64,000 bases of DNA from an uncultured Flavobacteriales bacterium. GTDB lineage: Bacteria; Bacteroidota; Bacteroidia; CAIKAF01. Below the pieces are notes generated by a model. The model was given only the letters and a program-made list of their open reading frames with translations. It was not told the origin of the DNA and did not search any database. The DNA lies in the NCBI GenBank assembly GCA_903837495.1, contig CAILUT010000011.1:1946-65945 (forward strand), in the 5' to 3' direction. Each line of letters starts with the position of its first letter. Positions within the stretch are counted from its first letter, which is position 1. A program made the position numbers and the translations under genes. Shown here piece after piece: positions 58,999 to 64,000 of this stretch.

Positions 58999-59988
58999 TC
59001 AGGGCAGGTCAACCACGGCACGCGCCATGGCAAGTCCCTCGACTTGTGTTTTCACAAAAGCCTGCAAATGGGCATAATCGCCGCGGGCATGGGCTAGGAA
59101 TCCGGAGGCCATGGCATAGACAGCAGGCAGGGGAGATTGTTGAACCAAGCGGTAGCCGTGCAAATACGATTTAATTCCACCGCTAATAATCAGGTGTTGG
59201 GTGTGGACCTGAGTGGAGGGATTGGCGGTAATTTGAGCCGCAAAGGACAGCATTTCATCGGCGGTATGTCCGATGTAGGCCAATGGGTCGGCCTGCTTTT
59301 CGGTATTGTTTTCGCTGCGCAGCAATTCAAGCAGGGCAAAATTGGTGCCTCCAAAGGCACCGAACTCAATGGCCAACAGGGGCAATTCCAGCAGAGCTTG
59401 CAGGCTGCGGGGGCCCATGCCTTGCCCTACTTCTTTAACAATAACGGGAGCCGTTGACAATTCAAGCACTTGCTTCAGGGTTTCCAAGGGGGCTCTTGTG
59501 TATCGGTCGCCCCCTGGCTGCATCCATTCTTGAAGGGGATTTACATGTACAATCAGGCCATCGGCTTTAAGGGCGACCACCATATCGTTGATTTCTTGAA
59601 ATCGGTTGGCGTCGATATACTCTTCGAGTTGAGCAATACCCAGGTTGGCAAAAAAAGGAAGGTCATCGCCAATCAGGGGGCGAAGGTCAAAATCGCTCCA
59701 AGCCTGTTTAGATTCAAGCAAAGGACGGCAGCTGCCCAGCCCCATTCCCAGTTTAAATTCGGCACAGGCCATGGCCAGGTTTTTATTGATTTGAGCCGCT
59801 TCTTTTGTACCGCCGGTCATGGAAGAAATCCACAAAGGCGAACCCAGCCATTTTCCGTGAAACAGGGTTGGAATGCCTGATTGGGTGGGATGGCCAGAAA
59901 ACAAAGGTTCGTAATTAAAACCCGAAAGGGGTTTTTGGGTTTGAGCTTGAAAAGCCAAATCAAGATGGTCTTTTTTGCGGTCGGTCAT
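58999..59988 (-). CDS. fni: isopentenyl-diphosphate delta-isomerase, type 2 (FMN-dependent)
   Basis: 329 aa. N-terminus DRKKDHL. …ISSMTGGT… and a Gly-rich FMN-binding C-terminal region. Confidence 0.8.
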   Translation of the reverse strand: MTDRKKDHLDLAFQAQTQKPLSGFNYEPLFSGHPTQSGIPTLFHGKWLGSPLWISSMTGGTKEAAQINKNLAMACAEFKLGMGLGSCRPLLESKQAWSDFDLRPLIGDDLPFFANLGIAQLEEYIDANRFQEINDMVVALKADGLIVHVNPLQEWMQPGGDRYTRAPLETLKQVLELSTAPVIVKEVGQGMGPRSLQALLELPLLAIEFGAFGGTNFALLELLRSENNTEKQADPLAYIGHTADEMLSFAAQITANPSTQVHTQHLIISGGIKSYLHGYRLVQQSPLPAVYAMASGFLAHARGDYAHLQAFVKTQVEGLAMARAVVDLP

Positions 59989-60186
59989 TCCTGTAAATCA
60001 GAACAAAGGTAGGGCTAAAAACGGACTTGAAAAACCGGCACGGGGTTAAAGCTGCGCTTGGGAGGGAAAACGGAAAAAGCTGAAAATTGTTCATACGTCA
60101 AAAAAAAACCGATGCATGCAGCCAAGGAAAAAAGGGGGCCGTTGAAAAGTCAAAGGCTTCCCTATCTTTGAAGTATGGAAGTGCGC

Positions 60187-61674
60187 ATGTACCGAACCAA
60201 GCAGCGGTGGAAATGGTGGCTGGGTTTTTCTGCCGCTTTTATTGTGTTGCTGGTTTCGGCCTACACAGGGTATTTGGTCAAATTTGTGGCCAACGAAGAA
60301 AAGCAGAAGGTAGAATTGTGGGGCAAAGCCATACAAAAGCGGGCGGAACTGATTCGAAAAACCAAAAAAATGTTCCGCAGGTTTGAAGAAGAAGACAAGC
60401 AAAACATTGACTTATGGGTGAAAGCCCTTCAATGCCTGGTAAGCGGTTGCAGCGATGAGTTGGCGGCTACCATTGTAGGCAGCAACAACACCATACCGGT
60501 AATTTTGGTGGATGAAGAAGGGACAGTAATAACCCACAATCACTTTCCGGAAGGAACCGATTTGAAGGCCGAGGTGGAACGACTGAAAGAACGCAAGCGA
60601 TTTGTTGATGCCAGCTACGAGGTAAACGGGGTGTCGAAAAAACAAACGGCTTACTTTGACGACAGCATTATTTTTTCAGAGTTAAAAGGGACCATTGATG
60701 ATTTACTCTCGAATTTCATCTCGGAAACAGTGATAAACGCCGCTTCGGTGCCCGTAATCATCACCACCTTAAAAGAGGATTCATTGATTGGCAGCGGCAA
60801 TCTGCAACCGGCAGGAATCGAAAACAATTGGTCAGCAAAACAGGTAATTCAACGGATGCGGGAATTCAACCACATGCAGGTTGAATTGGACGATGGGGTT
60901 TCCTACCATATTTATTACCAAGACAGTTTAATTGTTTCTAGCCTAACCTATTTCCCCTTTGTGCTGTTTACCGTTATTTTTTTGTTTGTTTTGGTTGCAT
61001 ATCTTTTGTTCAGTACCGCACGCCGGGTAGAGCAAAACCAAGTTTGGGTGGGCATGAGCAAAGAAACCGCTCACCAGTTGGGAACTCCCTTGTCGTCGTT
61101 GATGGGCTGGATTGAACTTTTTAAATCCAGGGGAATTGAAGTAGAGGCAGTAAAAGAAATGGAACGGGACGTAAACCGCTTAGACACGGTAGCGCAGCGC
61201 TTTTCAAAAATTGGTAGCCAACCCGATTTAAAACCCGTTGAGTTGATTCCAATGGTCAGGGATATGGTTTCGTACATGCAGGCTCGAAGCCGAAAAAACA
61301 TAAAAATCAGCGCTGAAATCCTTTGCGAAAGCGCTCGAATTGAGGGCAACCTGCCTTTGTTGGAATGGGTGCTTGAAAACCTAATTCGAAACAGCTTGGA
61401 CGCCATGCCTGAGGCGGGTGAAATTCGGTTGGTTTTAGAAAAGGCAGGCCCCAATCTGCAATTGGATGTTTGGGACAGCGGAAAAGGGATTCCAAGAAAA
61501 TTATGGAAAACGATTTTTAAGCCTGGATTTACCACCAAGCAAAGGGGTTGGGGTCTTGGATTGTCATTGACCAAACGGATTGTAGAAAACTACCACAAGG
61601 GGCGAATCGGAGTTCAGGCCTCAGAACCCGATAAAGGAACATGCATTCGCATCGCTTTTAGCAGCATAGATTAA
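60187..61674 (+). CDS. sensor histidine kinase (HisKA plus HATPase_c) with two TM helices and a periplasmic sensor domain
   Basis: H-box ETAHQLGTPLSSLMGW. N-box ENLIRNSLDAM. G-boxes VWDSGKGIP and GWGLGLSL. No response regulator gene adjacent. Confidence 0.85.
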   Translation: MYRTKQRWKWWLGFSAAFIVLLVSAYTGYLVKFVANEEKQKVELWGKAIQKRAELIRKTKKMFRRFEEEDKQNIDLWVKALQCLVSGCSDELAATIVGSNNTIPVILVDEEGTVITHNHFPEGTDLKAEVERLKERKRFVDASYEVNGVSKKQTAYFDDSIIFSELKGTIDDLLSNFISETVINAASVPVIITTLKEDSLIGSGNLQPAGIENNWSAKQVIQRMREFNHMQVELDDGVSYHIYYQDSLIVSSLTYFPFVLFTVIFLFVLVAYLLFSTARRVEQNQVWVGMSKETAHQLGTPLSSLMGWIELFKSRGIEVEAVKEMERDVNRLDTVAQRFSKIGSQPDLKPVELIPMVRDMVSYMQARSRKNIKISAEILCESARIEGNLPLLEWVLENLIRNSLDAMPEAGEIRLVLEKAGPNLQLDVWDSGKGIPRKLWKTIFKPGFTTKQRGWGLGLSLTKRIVENYHKGRIGVQASEPDKGTCIRIAFSSID

Positions 61675-61679
61675 GAACC

Positions 61680-62876
61680 ATGTTGAAATTCCTTTCGCTG
61701 TTTCTGGTTTTTTTGAGCGGTTCGATGCTGAGGGCGCAAATTCCCGGCTGTATTGATCCCGCGGCCAGCAACTACAACCCAGCAGCCACCTTCAACGATG
61801 GAGGTTGTATTTATGGCCCAAGCAGTGCTGCCCCTCTTTTATTGGCCACATTGAGCGACAGTCTAAGCGAGCTGTCAGGATTAATCAAAGCCTGCCAAAA
61901 TTTGTTGGGGCACAACGACGGCGGAAATGAGGACCGGTTGTTTCGCCTTCAGGGCAATACCGGCGCTGTTTTGAACTCCAGTCCCCTGCCTTTGGCCCTT
62001 ACAGACTGGGAAGACCTGGCTGTTGGACCTGCGCATGTATTTTTGGGCGATTTCGGCAACAACGCAGGTCAAAGAGATACCCTATCCATTTATAGGTTGG
62101 CCCTAAACGAAGTGTGCAACGGCAGCATACAAAGCATCGACACCTTGCGGTTTTGGTATGCCGATGCGCCCACAGGAACCCTGCATGCCGACTCCCACAA
62201 TTTAGACTGCGAAGCCATGGCGGTGTACCGCGACAGCCTATGGTTGTTTTCAAAAAACCGAATGGGCAACCAAGTTCGAATTTACGGATTGCCCAGCTTG
62301 CCAGGCTTGTATGGGATTCAGGCCTTAGATTCCATACCGATAGTGGGGCAAATAACCGGTGCCGATATATTGGGCGACAGCTGTATGGCACTGGTGGGTT
62401 ACGCCCCTCCATTTTATGTTCCCTTTTTAGTTTTGGGATTTGCCTCAGATTTGGGTGCACCTTGGAAAGGGTGTTTGAGAAGAATAGACTTGGGCTCGGT
62501 TTTGCAAATGGGTCAATTGGAGGCCGTATGCTTTTGGTCGGGCACGGAGCTTCGTTTGGGCAGCGAGGCGGTTTCGGCGCTTGGCCTTGGACCTAGGTTG
62601 TATGGCCTGAATGTGAGCTCATTTCTACTGCTTCCGAGTTTGGGCATACCCCCCTCAGAATCGGCTAGCGCGCTTTGGTGTAAAAAGAAAGCCAACGAGA
62701 TTGAAATTCGTGGACTTGTTCCTGGAAAAGAACTAGAATTGGTAAATGAAAGCGGAAAAAGTCTATGGAGGCAAACTGCAGGTGGTTCAACGGAACGAAT
62801 TCAATTGGTAGCGCACAGCGACACGGTAATTTGCCGTCAAGGTGAAAAGCGGAGTCGATGTTTGATTGAGCGTTAA
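61680..62876 (+). CDS. secreted hypothetical protein
   Basis: 398 aa. Signal peptide MLKFLSLFLVFLSGSMLRAQ. Starts 5 nt after the kinase stop. Confidence 0.5.
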   Translation: MLKFLSLFLVFLSGSMLRAQIPGCIDPAASNYNPAATFNDGGCIYGPSSAAPLLLATLSDSLSELSGLIKACQNLLGHNDGGNEDRLFRLQGNTGAVLNSSPLPLALTDWEDLAVGPAHVFLGDFGNNAGQRDTLSIYRLALNEVCNGSIQSIDTLRFWYADAPTGTLHADSHNLDCEAMAVYRDSLWLFSKNRMGNQVRIYGLPSLPGLYGIQALDSIPIVGQITGADILGDSCMALVGYAPPFYVPFLVLGFASDLGAPWKGCLRRIDLGSVLQMGQLEAVCFWSGTELRLGSEAVSALGLGPRLYGLNVSSFLLLPSLGIPPSESASALWCKKKANEIEIRGLVPGKELELVNESGKSLWRQTAGGSTERIQLVAHSDTVICRQGEKRSRCLIER

Positions 62877-62922
62877 GAAAACCTAGCAAAACCCAGTCTT
62901 TCTTTAAAACCCTTGAATCAAA

Positions 62923-64000
62923 TCATCTGGCGGTTGGAATAAACTCCAGCTGAAGATGGTAGGCCAAGAAACTTAAAACATCAACGGCCTCGTTGATTTC
63001 GGCAGTCAAGGCCCTTCCGGCCCCGTGCCCTGCCCCTTTGTCAATGCGCAACAAAACGGGATTGGCAGGATGTGCGCCGGCTTGAAGAGCGGCTCCAAAC
63101 TTATAGCTGTGCGAAGGAACGACCCGGTCGTCGTGGTCTGCCGTTAATACCAAAGTAGCAGGGTAAACTTGCCCCGGTTGAATGGAGTGAAGTGGAGAAT
63201 ACGATTTAAGGTAGCTGCGGTAGGGTTCTGTTTCTGGATCTCCGTATTCCACCATCCAGGCTCGACCAATGGTAAAGGTATGGTAGCGCATCATATCCAG
63301 CACTCCAACAGCCGGCAAGGCAACCTTAAACAAATCGGGGCGGCGCGTCATAACGGCCCCAACCAGCAAACCTCCATTGCTTCGGCCGTGTACAGCCAAA
63401 TGCGAGGGACTGGTGTAGCCCTGTTTTATTAGGTATTCTGCGGCTTCTTCCATGTCGAGAAACACCCTTTTCTTATTTAGCAACATCCCCTGTTCGTGCC
63501 ATTTTTCACCAAATTCAGAGCCCCCGCGCAAAGCCGGAACAACAACCATGCCCCCCATTTCAGCAAAGGCGTGAAACCAAGGCTTATAAAAAGGCAAAAT
63601 AGGGATATTGAACCCTCCATATCCATACAGCAAGCAAGGTTTTGGGCCTTGAATTTGGGTGTTTTCCATAATGAAAACGGGGATGCGCACCCCATCGCTT
63701 CCTACAAAGGTTTCTTGGCGCAAACTTACCTTTTGAGGCACATTTTCGCGCTTGGGTTGGTGCAGTATTTCGGGCTTTTCGGCGCCCCAAGTCCATTTCA
63801 AAGAAACTCCGGGGCTAGAATGCGACTGCAGGCCTACGTACAAATGTGGGCTTTCTTCTTCAACCGAAATGCCGGAAATGGATCCTAAAAAGGGAAGTTC
63901 AAAAGAAAAACCTTGCCCCTGTTCAGGGACATATTCAAGTACAGAAACCACAGAATCAATGCAATGAGCCACCCAGCCTTGCTGCCAACGGTGGCAAGAC
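62923..64000 (-). CDS. S9 prolyl-oligopeptidase-family serine peptidase, C-terminal catalytic domain (gene continues beyond window end)
   Basis: Alpha/beta-hydrolase region with catalytic GRSNGGLLVGA (GxSxG), and Asp/His regions (…TADHDDRVVPSHS…) downstream. Open to the window edge. Confidence 0.75.
   Translation of the reverse strand, partial: SCHRWQQGWVAHCIDSVVSVLEYVPEQGQGFSFELPFLGSISGISVEEESPHLYVGLQSHSSPGVSLKWTWGAEKPEILHQPKRENVPQKVSLRQETFVGSDGVRIPVFIMENTQIQGPKPCLLYGYGGFNIPILPFYKPWFHAFAEMGGMVVVPALRGGSEFGEKWHEQGMLLNKKRVFLDMEEAAEYLIKQGYTSPSHLAVHGRSNGGLLVGAVMTRRPDLFKVALPAVGVLDMMRYHTFTIGRAWMVEYGDPETEPYRSYLKSYSPLHSIQPGQVYPATLVLTADHDDRVVPSHSYKFGAALQAGAHPANPVLLRIDKGAGHGAGRALTAEINEAVDVLSFLAYHLQLEFIPTAR

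Overview
This 64 kb window looks like a core chromosomal segment of a Bacteroidota genome (about 50% GC). The phylum call rests on TAnnTTTG -7 promoter boxes, five proteins with type IX secretion (T9SS) C-terminal sorting domains, a complete Bat/aerotolerance operon and mevalonate-pathway genes. Most of the window is densely packed housekeeping genes: serC-serA-DUF1015, sppA, ribF, pdhA plus the E2 acetyltransferase, tatA, trkA, recF, gap, nadC, rlmH, obg, a PLP-dependent Cys/Met enzyme, rarA, gltX and folB. The complete Bat/aerotolerance operon is present on the minus strand (moxR-DUF58-DUF4381-batA-batB-batC-batD-batE). A mevalonate-pathway cluster is also present (GHMP kinase, class II HMG-CoA reductase, type 2 IPP isomerase). 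The accessory-looking content is: two paralogous M43 pappalysin-like zinc metalloproteases with T9SS tails; a 1234-aa T9SS cargo protein with about 10 tandem PKD domains; two further T9SS-tailed proteins; and a tightly overlapping four-gene operon of uncharacterised envelope proteins (47961-52790). The most striking non-genic signal is a family of at least seven GC-rich, roughly 150-bp intergenic repeat elements sharing a GGAGGCGACYTTRGGAGCC core. Other oddities are a diheme c-type cytochrome gene split by a +1 frameshift, and a 32-codon (CAG/CAA) tract in batC encoding pure poly-glutamine. I found no rRNA, tRNA, CRISPR array, transposase or integrase. All functional calls are my own reading of the translated ORFs (motifs, domain architecture, gene neighbourhood); no database search was run.
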